From Microcoleus sp. (GTDB taxonomy: Bacteria > Cyanobacteriota > Cyanobacteriia > Cyanobacteriales > Microcoleaceae), in the NCBI GenBank assembly GCA_042408215.1, contig JAYFMW010000026.1, positions 96,001 to 160,000 of the forward strand: a DNA stretch of 64,000 bases, in the 5' to 3' direction. Below are positions 10,520 to 19,089 of this stretch, piece after piece. The notes beneath the pieces are model-generated. The model did no database searches. It was given only the letters and a program-made list of their open reading frames with translations, and was not told the DNA's origin. A program made the position numbers and the translations under genes. Each line of letters opens with the position of its first letter. Positions within the stretch are counted from its first letter, which is position 1.

Positions 10520-11965
10520 TCAACTCAGCATAAAAGAGTCAAGCTCATCTACATTGTGAATAATCTTGGAATCAGGAACGCCATAAGCTTCAGCTAATTC
10601 GATACTAGCTTGCAATCTCAATTCAAGGTTTAAGTTAGAGTCAAAAGCTGCTTCCGCTAAGTTACCTAATCGTTCATAGGTAGCAACAAGATTAGCAACG
10701 GCTGCCTTATAAGCGCGGTCAATTTTAGCGAGGGACTGTTGATAATATTGTTCCACTTGTCGAGCAAGATGAGTATCTTGTCCCAATAACTGCTTGCAAA
10801 AACCAGTCACCATTCGACCTGCGATCGCACCAATGACTGCGCCAACAACAGGAATCGGAATCAAAGCTTGTCCGATAGTAGCTCCAGCAGCAACAATGGC
10901 TGAATCAGCACAAGCAAATAAACTTAATTCAACGAATTGCTCGCGAGTAATTTCCCTTCGATTCAAACTGCCGACCAAGCTAGCAATTTCCATACCAGCA
11001 CTAACAAAAGCACCAGCTAAAGGTGCAGACATTTGGGCAAAATTAGTTAAGCCATAAATAGCCGTTGCCGATATACCACTAAGCGCAGATCCTTTTGCGG
11101 TATCAAGTCCAATTTCTTGCCAATCTTCGAGGGTTAACTCACCCTTAAAAACGTTTTTACCTTGCTTATACTTGGCGTAAAGCTTAGTAGCAAATCGAAT
11201 ACTACCCCCAATAACCGCGCCTTTAACAGCAACGTGACCAAAATCAGCCAGAGTAGGTTGAGCGTCGTTGCGTATCCCATCCTTAATTTGTTTGTTTTCT
11301 TGCTTTAATTCATGCTCTTTGCGGTCTAGCGTATCGTCAACTTTGCCTATTTGCACATCTTCATAGTTAGACGATCCAGCTTGAACAGTCTGACTGAAAG
11401 GACGACCAGACATCTGCTCTATTTCTTGAGCTTTTTCTTGTATTTTTTGAGCAGTACGACTTGTTATTCCCTCGACTTGTTGCCCTTTCAATATTTTATC
11501 AATAACTTCATATTGGTTTTTAGGGATATGGTAATATGACCCATCTCTGCCAAAGTTTTCGTATTTCTTCATGTGGTCGAGAACGTGGTCTAAATTATTT
11601 CCAAGTCCATTAACAAATTTAGACTGTACTTTAATACCATCAATTAAATAATCTTCCGGTGCTGTTCTACCCACTCCCTCAAAAGTAGCGCGAGTTTCAG
11701 AGGAGTTCAAAAGAGATTTTGCATTGCGAATACCAACTTCCACTTGTTCCGCAATTTCACCATGTTTTGTGCTTGTGTTTCCCAGAATTTTTTCGGGACT
11801 ACCTACAAAATCACGAACTCGATCAATCTCTCCGACCGCTGCAAAAAACGCTCGGTCTTGTTTACTGAGTTCCGTTGCAAGCTGTTCTGCATGGCGCAGA
11901 TTTTCCTGGGCTACTATTGCAGCAACGAATTGAGTTGTCAGATGTCTATCTTCTCTTTTTTCCAT
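10520..11965 (-). CDS. Hypothetical protein: possible PD-(D/E)xK-like N-terminal domain plus hydrophobic Gly/Ala hairpins
   Basis: 481-aa ORF with HGEIAE...EDYLIDGIKVQSK, then GAVIGG and GATIGQALIPIPVVGAVIGAIAG glycine-zipper segments. Confidence 0.75.
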   Translation of the reverse strand: MEKREDRHLTTQFVAAIVAQENLRHAEQLATELSKQDRAFFAAVGEIDRVRDFVGSPEKILGNTSTKHGEIAEQVEVGIRNAKSLLNSSETRATFEGVGRTAPEDYLIDGIKVQSKFVNGLGNNLDHVLDHMKKYENFGRDGSYYHIPKNQYEVIDKILKGQQVEGITSRTAQKIQEKAQEIEQMSGRPFSQTVQAGSSNYEDVQIGKVDDTLDRKEHELKQENKQIKDGIRNDAQPTLADFGHVAVKGAVIGGSIRFATKLYAKYKQGKNVFKGELTLEDWQEIGLDTAKGSALSGISATAIYGLTNFAQMSAPLAGAFVSAGMEIASLVGSLNRREITREQFVELSLFACADSAIVAAGATIGQALIPIPVVGAVIGAIAGRMVTGFCKQLLGQDTHLARQVEQYYQQSLAKIDRAYKAAVANLVATYERLGNLAEAAFDSNLNLELRLQASIELAEAYGVPDSKIIHNVDELDSFMLS

Positions 11966-12028
11966 GTTTAAAAAATTGCAGCATTACTCCCTAATTGCTA
12001 GAGCATAATGCTGCACTCCAAATTCTAA

Positions 12029-12880
12029 TTACATTTTCAGGTCTACGGTCTTTTTAATAGACTCGCTCAGGGAAGTAATGGAATTGATTAAAGTCCCCAG
12101 CCTTTGTTTGAGAGCTTGGCTAAAATTCAGGTAATTCAAAGGTGCATTCTGCTTGAAGTATTGCAGTTCACTTTGAATAAGGTTAGCTAGTTTGACAGTT
12201 TCCCCCTCAAGAAGATTGACTTCTTTCTTTGTTATGTTGACTTTAGCTGTGTCACCTTCAATTTCAAGAGCGCGGTTGTTGGCTTCGTCACCAATTTTTT
12301 CATTCTCGCTACTTTTCCACAAAGCACTACCAGCCAAAGCTACACCACCAATCCCCCAGCCAATCGGTCCCGCGAGTGCCAGCAGTGCATTTCCAGCCAC
12401 CATACCGCCACCACCCACAGTAAGAGCGCCACCTCCTAACCAAGCTAAAGCAGCATTAACGGCGGCTGCACCGGAAAGAGAAGCAATCGCAGTACCCGTT
12501 GAGGCTGTTCCGAAAGTTGTGGCAATTGCCATTGCTGCTGCTGGCCCAAAACAGGCAACTCCTGCTCCAGCCATGACTCCTGCACCACCTGCTGCTGCTA
12601 CATTGCTGTTATGAGCCGAATAAATTAGATCCCAATCTTTGCCAGTAATTTCCTTGAGCTGAAACTTCAGTTTTGTAACGACTTTGCTAAACTCTTTTGG
12701 CGAATTGGCCAACGTGTTAATGTAATTTTCGCATAGTTGGATAATCTCAACCCCACGATTGACTCGCGTTTGATAAAGACTTCCAGCGGCATTTTGTAAA
12801 TACTCACAATCTCTTTGGTACTTTTCTACTGCACGGCGCAGTCTATATTGTGCCTCTTTTTTGTATTCGTGGTTAAACAT
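12029..12880 (-). CDS. Hypothetical coiled-coil protein with a long Gly/Ala-rich hydrophobic core
   Basis: 283-aa ORF. A ~95-aa uncharged segment (ASTGTAIASLSGAAAVNAALAWLGGG...GPIGWGIGG) lies between helical arms. Confidence 0.78.
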   Translation of the reverse strand: MFNHEYKKEAQYRLRRAVEKYQRDCEYLQNAAGSLYQTRVNRGVEIIQLCENYINTLANSPKEFSKVVTKLKFQLKEITGKDWDLIYSAHNSNVAAAGGAGVMAGAGVACFGPAAAMAIATTFGTASTGTAIASLSGAAAVNAALAWLGGGALTVGGGGMVAGNALLALAGPIGWGIGGVALAGSALWKSSENEKIGDEANNRALEIEGDTAKVNITKKEVNLLEGETVKLANLIQSELQYFKQNAPLNYLNFSQALKQRLGTLINSITSLSESIKKTVDLKM

Positions 12881-13102
12881 TTACGGGTAAATACCTAATT
12901 ATGAGGAGTTTGTGTTGATAACTCTGTCGAGCAGAAAACCCCACCCCGCAAGAAGTGAGCCTTTCCGGGATTCCAGGTGTAAAATTAATCACGATCCTGC
13001 TTTCCCTGATACTAATCTAACTACCTTTAAAAAAGAAACTAATAAGCACTAGGAATTGTGTTAGACTTTGATTAGGAAAAATCCAAAAACCTATCTCCTC
13101 CA

Positions 13103-13594
13103 ATGGCATCCTCTAACGATCGCTTCCCCGAAGCCGCCCGCGACTGGGACTTAGAAACCCTTTACACAGACCTCGCATCCGCCAAAGGCAAGCGTCTCAC
13201 GCCCACAGAGAAACAACATCTACGGGGTCTACTCTGCGGCCACAGTCCCACCGAAATTGCCGAAACGCTCAGTAAAAACCCCAAGGGGATTGCCGTAGAC
13301 TTTTGTAACACCTTATACCACTATGTAAAAAGTCTTGTAGGCAAAGCTGATGAAAAGGTAGAAAACTGGAGGAAAATTTGTGAATGGCTGGAGGACGCAG
13401 GATATAAAACTCTGTCGTCTCCCGAACCTGAATCAGGCGATTGTTTACCCATAAAATTTTTAATAAAAAAAGCAAATATAATTCTAGATAAAAATCAAAT
13501 CATAGTTGATATAAACCTGCGAATAGTAGCATCCTCAACTTCAGAAATTCCCATCATAGAAAACTTCGATATCAATGGTAATGGTTCAAACTAA
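13103..13594 (+). CDS. HTH-domain protein, divergent from the toxin locus
   Basis: LTPTEKQHLRGLLCGHSPTEIAETL is a LuxR/sigma-region-4-like helix-turn-helix. Confidence 0.7.
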   Translation: MASSNDRFPEAARDWDLETLYTDLASAKGKRLTPTEKQHLRGLLCGHSPTEIAETLSKNPKGIAVDFCNTLYHYVKSLVGKADEKVENWRKICEWLEDAGYKTLSSPEPESGDCLPIKFLIKKANIILDKNQIIVDINLRIVASSTSEIPIIENFDINGNGSN

Positions 13595-13918
13595 CGAAAG
13601 TGCGATCGCACGCATCATACCAAATCATGCTTAAATACCCCCTTTATTCTTCAGTCCGCGAAGGCGGACTTTGTTTGTGTAGACGCGGTTTCAACCGCCG
13701 AGTAAACTTTTTAACATAAATTCCGACTTTAGATAGGGGCGAATTCTCAAAGCACGAAGTTATACTCCTAATATCTCTACTCCTAGACGCAGCCGCAGTC
13801 AGAAACCGGGTTTTTTACGAAAATCTTTAGTTGTAGCCTGTAAATTAAGTAAAAACCCGGTTTCTTTGGTCTTAATGCGTAAGTCCCGATCTATTAAAAA
13901 CGCCCGCCCCTACAAAAA

Positions 13919-15005
13919 ATGTACATCCAAACATTGCGAAAACCAGACGGCCGCCCACTGACACTCTACAGCCGCTACCCAATCCCAGAAGGTATCGCGG
14001 CCGTAAGTCCTAGCCATGAACCCGTACAAGCAAACCCGCACTTTAGGTGGCATCCTTTGCGCGGAGAATGGGTAGCATACGCCAGCCACCGTCAGGGAAG
14101 AACTTTCATGCCGCCGCCAGAATACAACCCGCTGGCTGCTACAATTAACCCCAAATTTCCTACAGAATTGCCGCCCGGAGATTACGATGTCGCAGTGTTT
14201 GACAACCGCTTTCCCTCGATGACTTTGCAGGTAAATAATGCACCTGTAAGTATTGTGGAAACTTTGCCCGCTAAGGGCATTTGCGAAGTCGTAGTTTTTA
14301 CTCAAAATCCGCTGGCTTCCCTGGGTTCTTTGGAGTTATCTCACTTAGAATTGTTGTTAGAAGTATGGGCAGATCGCACTTCAGTTATTGGCAGTAATCC
14401 CGAAATTCAATACGTCTTACCCTTTGAAAATCGCGGCGTCGAAGTAGGAGTGACTTTGCACCATCCCCACGGTCAAATTTACGCTTATCCCTTCGTGCCA
14501 CCGGTGCCGGCGCGGATGTTAGAATGTCAGTCAGTTTACTATCAAAAAAATAGTTCCGGTTTGCTGCAAGATTTGATTCAAAAAGAGATTGCTGACAAAC
14601 AGCGAATTCTTTATTTGGACTGAAGAGGCGATCGCCTTTGTCCCCGCTTGCGCCCGCTACCCTTACGAAGTTTGGATTGCGCCCATAACTCCCGCTGCTA
14701 CATTCATCGATCTTACCGAAAAACAGCGCCAATCCCTCGCCAAAGCCTTAAAAACCGTCGCCCTCAAATATGACGGTTTGTGGCACCGCCCATTCCCTTA
14801 TTTGATGGCTTGGTTTCAAGCGCCCACAGACGGAAAACCGCACCCAGAGGCGCATTTGCACGCCCAATTTTATCCGCCCTATCGATCGCGCGATCGGCTA
14901 AAATATCTAGCAGGAACCGAACTAGCAGCCGGAATGTTTGCCAACGACGCATTACCCGAAGAAAAAGCCCAAGAATTGCAAGCAGTATCAGTCAATCTAT
15001 TTTAG
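13919..15005 (+). pseudogene. galT: Galactose-1-phosphate uridylyltransferase, split by a +1 frameshift near 14620
   Basis: RWHPLRGEWV, FENRG and HHPHGQ in ORF1; PYEVWIAP, HLHAQFYPP and KYLAGTE in ORF2. Removing 1 nt from GACTGAA fuses ...ILYLD-EEAIAF. Confidence 0.85.
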
Positions 15006-15214
15006 ATTTTAGATTTTAGATTTTAGATTGTAGATTGTAGATTTTAGATTTTAGATTTTAGAGATTTACCGTGGAGTGGGGGCGGGTTTAGGAGACGAGC
15101 ATTTTTAGGCAATTATTGTTGGTAAACCCGCCCCTACAAGATTGCGGTTAATCGACCAGACATGATATTACATCCGTTACATCCGTTACACAATCCGCTG
15201 CCGAACTTTCATAT

Positions 15215-16312
15215 ATGACAAACTCATTCAACAAAGAAGTCGATCGCAAACTCGAATTAATCCGCCAAACCTTAACAGAAACAGGAGCGATCGCCCTTCG
15301 ATTGCGAGGCACGGACTGGTTTGCTTGGGCCACAGCCGGCGGTTCCAACACAGTATTGCTCACCGCAGAAACCGGAGTTGCAGAACTCTTAATCACTGCC
15401 GAAAACGCTTGGGTTCTCACCGATCAAATCGAAGCTCAACGCTTGCAAGATGAAGAATTGCCAGACAACTTTCAAATGCACATCTATCCTTGGGCAGATC
15501 TAGCACAGCGCGAAGCTTTTGTCAAGGAAATTACTGGTGGCGGTAACGTGATGAGCGATCGGCCAAATTCCCAAGAAACACCAATAATCGCATCTTTACA
15601 ATCCCACAAACAGGTAATGATGTCAAGCGAATTAGAGCGATATCGGCGAGTGGGACGTTTAGCCAGCGAAGCGATGACAGAGGTACTTTCAGCCGCCAAA
15701 CCAACATGGACAGAATATCAGCTAGCGGGAGCAGGTGCTGAGGCATTGTGGGCGAGAGGCTTGCATCCAGCCCTTACTTTAGCAGCAGGAGAAAGGCGTT
15801 TGCCGATGTACCGCCACAGCACCCCAACGGGCGAACAAATCGGGCGGCAAGCAATGTTAGTATTTTGCGCCAGGGGATACGGTTTGTATGCGAATTTAAC
15901 CAGGTTTGTCTGTTTCGGTTCCCTTGAGGAAAAGCATTCTGAGTTGCACCGAAAAGTCAGAGAAATTGAAGCCGCAGCGCTGAATTTTTGCCAGCCCGGA
16001 GTATCGCTGAATGCTGTTTACTATGCGCTGAAAACAGCTTACGAACAGCACGGATATTCTCAAGCAATTCGGGAACACCATCAAGGCGGAACTACTGGAT
16101 ATTTGGCGCGGGAAATTGTCGCAAATCCGACTACTTCAGATATCTTAGCCCCGAATATGGCTGTGGCTTGGAATCCGAGTTTGTCGGGAGCAAAAATTGA
16201 GGATACGTTTGTAATTCACAGCGATGGAAAATTGGAAAATTTGGCATTCGATCCGAATTGGCCGAGTGTAGATGTAGAGGGAAGGTTGCGCCCAGTGCCG
16301 CTGGAAATATAG
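15215..16312 (+). CDS. M24 family (Xaa-Pro) peptidase
   Basis: YANLTR, EHHQGGTTGY and AWNPS...AKIEDT. Confidence 0.85.
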   Translation: MTNSFNKEVDRKLELIRQTLTETGAIALRLRGTDWFAWATAGGSNTVLLTAETGVAELLITAENAWVLTDQIEAQRLQDEELPDNFQMHIYPWADLAQREAFVKEITGGGNVMSDRPNSQETPIIASLQSHKQVMMSSELERYRRVGRLASEAMTEVLSAAKPTWTEYQLAGAGAEALWARGLHPALTLAAGERRLPMYRHSTPTGEQIGRQAMLVFCARGYGLYANLTRFVCFGSLEEKHSELHRKVREIEAAALNFCQPGVSLNAVYYALKTAYEQHGYSQAIREHHQGGTTGYLAREIVANPTTSDILAPNMAVAWNPSLSGAKIEDTFVIHSDGKLENLAFDPNWPSVDVEGRLRPVPLEI

Positions 16313-16358
16313 CAGAAGGAAAGCACGAGGCTGATTTTGACACGGATACAGGGATTAA

Positions 16359-16811
16359 TTATACTCTCAATACAGGTCTTTCGGGATTTTCAGGATTGGG
16401 AACTAGACGCTGATTCTTACAATCTACCAGCAAATCTAATGTTTCTAACACAGTTTGACCGATGAGCACCATATCGCCTAAAACCATTGCCGCCTCAATC
16501 GTCTCCCGCCCTTCTATTTCAATCAGAATAGGCCCTGTCAATCCCACTATTTCTTGTCGGCCATCAGCATATTTGGCTATTTCCTGACTCCGAATTCTTA
16601 AGCCCAAATGTTCGCAGACTTCTAAAGGAATTGCTGTGCGTACTGCACCAGTATCTATCAGTGCTTCTGCTTCGTACACGCGCAACAAATTTGGATTGAG
16701 CAATCCTCTCTTGACTAACTCTTCATCAATTGCATTCGTTAGCTTGACTTTGACTCGAACTGCAACCTTATTTTTGCTGACTTGAATTCGATCGCGATCG
16801 AGATTTATCAT
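16359..16811 (-). CDS. Clan AA (retropepsin-like) aspartic protease
   Basis: ALIDTGA catalytic motif and LIGQTVLETLDL. Confidence 0.85.
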   Translation of the reverse strand: MINLDRDRIQVSKNKVAVRVKVKLTNAIDEELVKRGLLNPNLLRVYEAEALIDTGAVRTAIPLEVCEHLGLRIRSQEIAKYADGRQEIVGLTGPILIEIEGRETIEAAMVLGDMVLIGQTVLETLDLLVDCKNQRLVPNPENPERPVLRV

Positions 16812-17028
16812 ATCGCCTCTTTTCGTCTAGAAAGTCTACCTTTGATTCTAGCTTTAAATTGGTGCAGCCACAGGTTTTAACCTGTAGGCTGCAACCGCAC
16901 CCAGAATATTAGAACTAAGGCAAAAAAAACCCGGTTTCTCTAAAAGATTGTCCATCGAACCGAGAGATATTGACGCAGAAACCGGGTTTTTGACCCTGGG
17001 TGCTGACCGGACTGAATATATCTAAAGA

Positions 17029-18066
17029 TTACTCATCTTCAGCATAGATAAACCGATACAATTCACTAGGATCTGGCTCGGCGCTTTTCTCAGCAAAATC
17101 CACCGCATCATCAATTACTGCTTCAATCTTTTTGTCGATCGCCTTTAATTCTTCAGCAGTCGCCAAATTGCGATCGATCAAATCAGCAGCCAACTTCTTA
17201 ATCGGATCGCGAGGGAACCAAAATTCCTTCTCTTCCTTAGAACGCAACTCATCAGGATCGGCCAAAGAATGCCCCCTAAAACGATAAGTCAACGCCTCAA
17301 TCACCGTCGGTCCCTCACCAGCCCGCGCCCGCGCCACAGCTTCTTTAGCTACTTCTCGCACCGCCAAAACATCCATCCCATCAACCTCAACCCCAGCCAT
17401 ACCAAAAGCATGAGCCTTCTTGTAAATCAATGGGTCAGAAGTAGCACGTTCATGGGACATCCCGATCGCCCATTTGTTGTTTTCCACCACATAAAGAATC
17501 GGCAACTTCCACAAAGCCGCCATATTCAAACACTCAAAAAACTGACCGTTATTCGCAGCACCATCGCCAAAAAAACAAGCAGTCACACCATCGGAGCCCT
17601 CATCTCCCAAAGCTTCACGGCGATACTTAGATTGAAAAGCCGCCCCCGTAGCCACAGGAATCCCCTCAGCCACAAAAGCATAACCTCCCAACAGTCGATG
17701 TTCCGCCGAAAACATATGCATCGAACCGCCACGGCCCTTCGAGCAACCTGTCTCTTTCCCGAACAACTCCGCCATCACTTCCCGCGCCGGCACTCCGGCG
17801 CTCAAAGCGTGTACGTGGTCGCGATAGGTGCTGCTAACATAGTCCGTGTCATCCCGGCGCATCGATCGAATCACCCCAGTAGAAACAGCCTCCTGGCCGT
17901 TGTACAAGTGAACAAAACCGAACATTTTGCCCCGGTAATACATCTCGGCGCACTTGTCCTCAAAAAAGCGCCCCAAAACCATATCTTCGTAAAGCATCAA
18001 ACCTTCATCACGAGAAATACTGACGCTTGTTGCGTCAAAAACTGGCAAAGTCCGTTCCTGAACCAT
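17029..18066 (-). CDS. pdhA: Pyruvate dehydrogenase E1 alpha subunit
   Basis: [26 protein letters not shown] motif GDGA...ENN and [12 protein letters not shown]. Confidence 0.97.
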   Translation of the reverse strand: MVQERTLPVFDATSVSISRDEGLMLYEDMVLGRFFEDKCAEMYYRGKMFGFVHLYNGQEAVSTGVIRSMRRDDTDYVSSTYRDHVHALSAGVPAREVMAELFGKETGCSKGRGGSMHMFSAEHRLLGGYAFVAEGIPVATGAAFQSKYRREALGDEGSDGVTACFFGDGAANNGQFFECLNMAALWKLPILYVVENNKWAIGMSHERATSDPLIYKKAHAFGMAGVEVDGMDVLAVREVAKEAVARARAGEGPTVIEALTYRFRGHSLADPDELRSKEEKEFWFPRDPIKKLAADLIDRNLATAEELKAIDKKIEAVIDDAVDFAEKSAEPDPSELYRFIYAEDE

Positions 18067-18102
18067 AAATCTTTAATACCCGATCGGCTTCCTAGACATC
18101 AT

Positions 18103-18568
18103 AAAAAAGTTCGGTAAGTGGGAAACTCAGAGTCTTTAGACCTGAGAGGGAAACGACGCGGGTGGTTTTAACCACCGTGAATCTTTTTTTTCATCACCGC
18201 CTTGGGATTGCTTAGCTTGGGGTACTTTTGTAATGCACTTTCAACGGGACACTTCGGCTACGCTCAGTGCATCGCAATTACCGTTTCAAGCTTCACAACC
18301 CGCGATCGCATGATGTTTGCCCTTGTGAGGCCTCCCTTTCGGGGTAAAGTTCGCTTCGTCAATGCGATCTGGGCTTGTTAGGTTGGCAACACTGTAAAGC
18401 GTGACTTTAGAACTGTTTAATTGACAACGACAGAGCAAGGAACTAGCGTCGCATCAAGCGGGTGTCGTGACCCAAATAACGGAGTTTTTTCAAACTGAGA
18501 CTGGTCAATATAGCTTGGTTTGAGCATGGCTCTTACAAGCTCAGTGGCTTTAGCCCTGAGTTATTGAC
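18103..18568 (-). mobile_element. Non-autonomous IscB-type IS200/IS605 element (iscB deleted)
   Basis: Matching subterminal hairpins on the minus strand, CTCAGGGCTAAAGCCACTGAG and CTCAGGTCTAAAGACTCTGAG (covarying pair). Starts GTCAA; ATGA follows at the far end (18099-18102). Confidence 0.78.
18331..18568 (-). ncRNA. HEARO / IscB omega-RNA scaffold
   Basis: The minus strand reads GTCAATA..hairpin..TATTGACCAG..CTCCGTT..ACACC..GATGC..GCTAGTT..GCTCTGTCG..TAAACAG..CAGTG..ACAAGC..CATTGACGAAGCGAACTTTACCCCGAAAGGGAGG, the motif order I recall for HEARO RNAs. Confidence 0.78.
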
Positions 18569-18588
18569 TATTTAAACGCAGATGAGAC

Positions 18589-18887
18589 TTGACACTCCCC
18601 GGTCTAAAGACACGGGGATGCTTAAGGACAAACTTTGGGGGATGAATCCACCCAAATCTTGATGCTTAAAGGGTTTGTCAATAACCCACTACCCACTCGC
18701 CCATTGCTGAGTCTATGGCTACTTGTGGTAGGCATTTGCTGGTATAGACCTGCGTCTGTGTATCCATCCCACATTTTTATGGTAACAGAATGTGGTTTGT
18801 GTCTTGCATAAAGAGGGCTGGCTGGATAAATCCTGCAACGCCCTTTCATCCCTGGACTAAAGTCACAGGGTTTTCAGGGTATTCTTT
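18589..18887 (-). mobile_element. Non-autonomous TnpB-type IS200/IS605 element with omega-RNA end
   Basis: Covarying hairpins at 18597-18617 and 18850-18870. The minus strand ends CCCCGTGTCTTTAGACCGGGGAGTGTCAA and TTAT precedes the left end. Internal remnant RVGSGLLTNPLSIKIW resembles TnpB C-termini. Confidence 0.75.
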
Positions 18888-19089
18888 ATAAGCGCAGCAG
18901 AAAATGGTCGAACATTTTCAAAGCAGGTCACAAATCTTTGTTAAAATCAGCTTGAATAGGCGATTTCACCAAGACTCGGACAACCAAATCTCGTGTCAAG
19001 TCGGTTAAGTTGTCCATAATGCTTTTGTTAAAAACCAACCTTAGTTAAGATAGGCTAATTCAGTTGCTAGCGCTTTGGGGAAGTGGACA

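Noticed and set aside
17269..18117. Long antisense or overlapping ORFs (here, 20403-21107, 34310-34851, 49045-49563 and others)
   Set aside because: They are shadows of well-supported genes or repeats, with no independent motifs.
18622..18849. 75-aa ORF as a real gene
   Set aside because: It starts inside the element end and is better explained as an internally deleted tnpB remnant.
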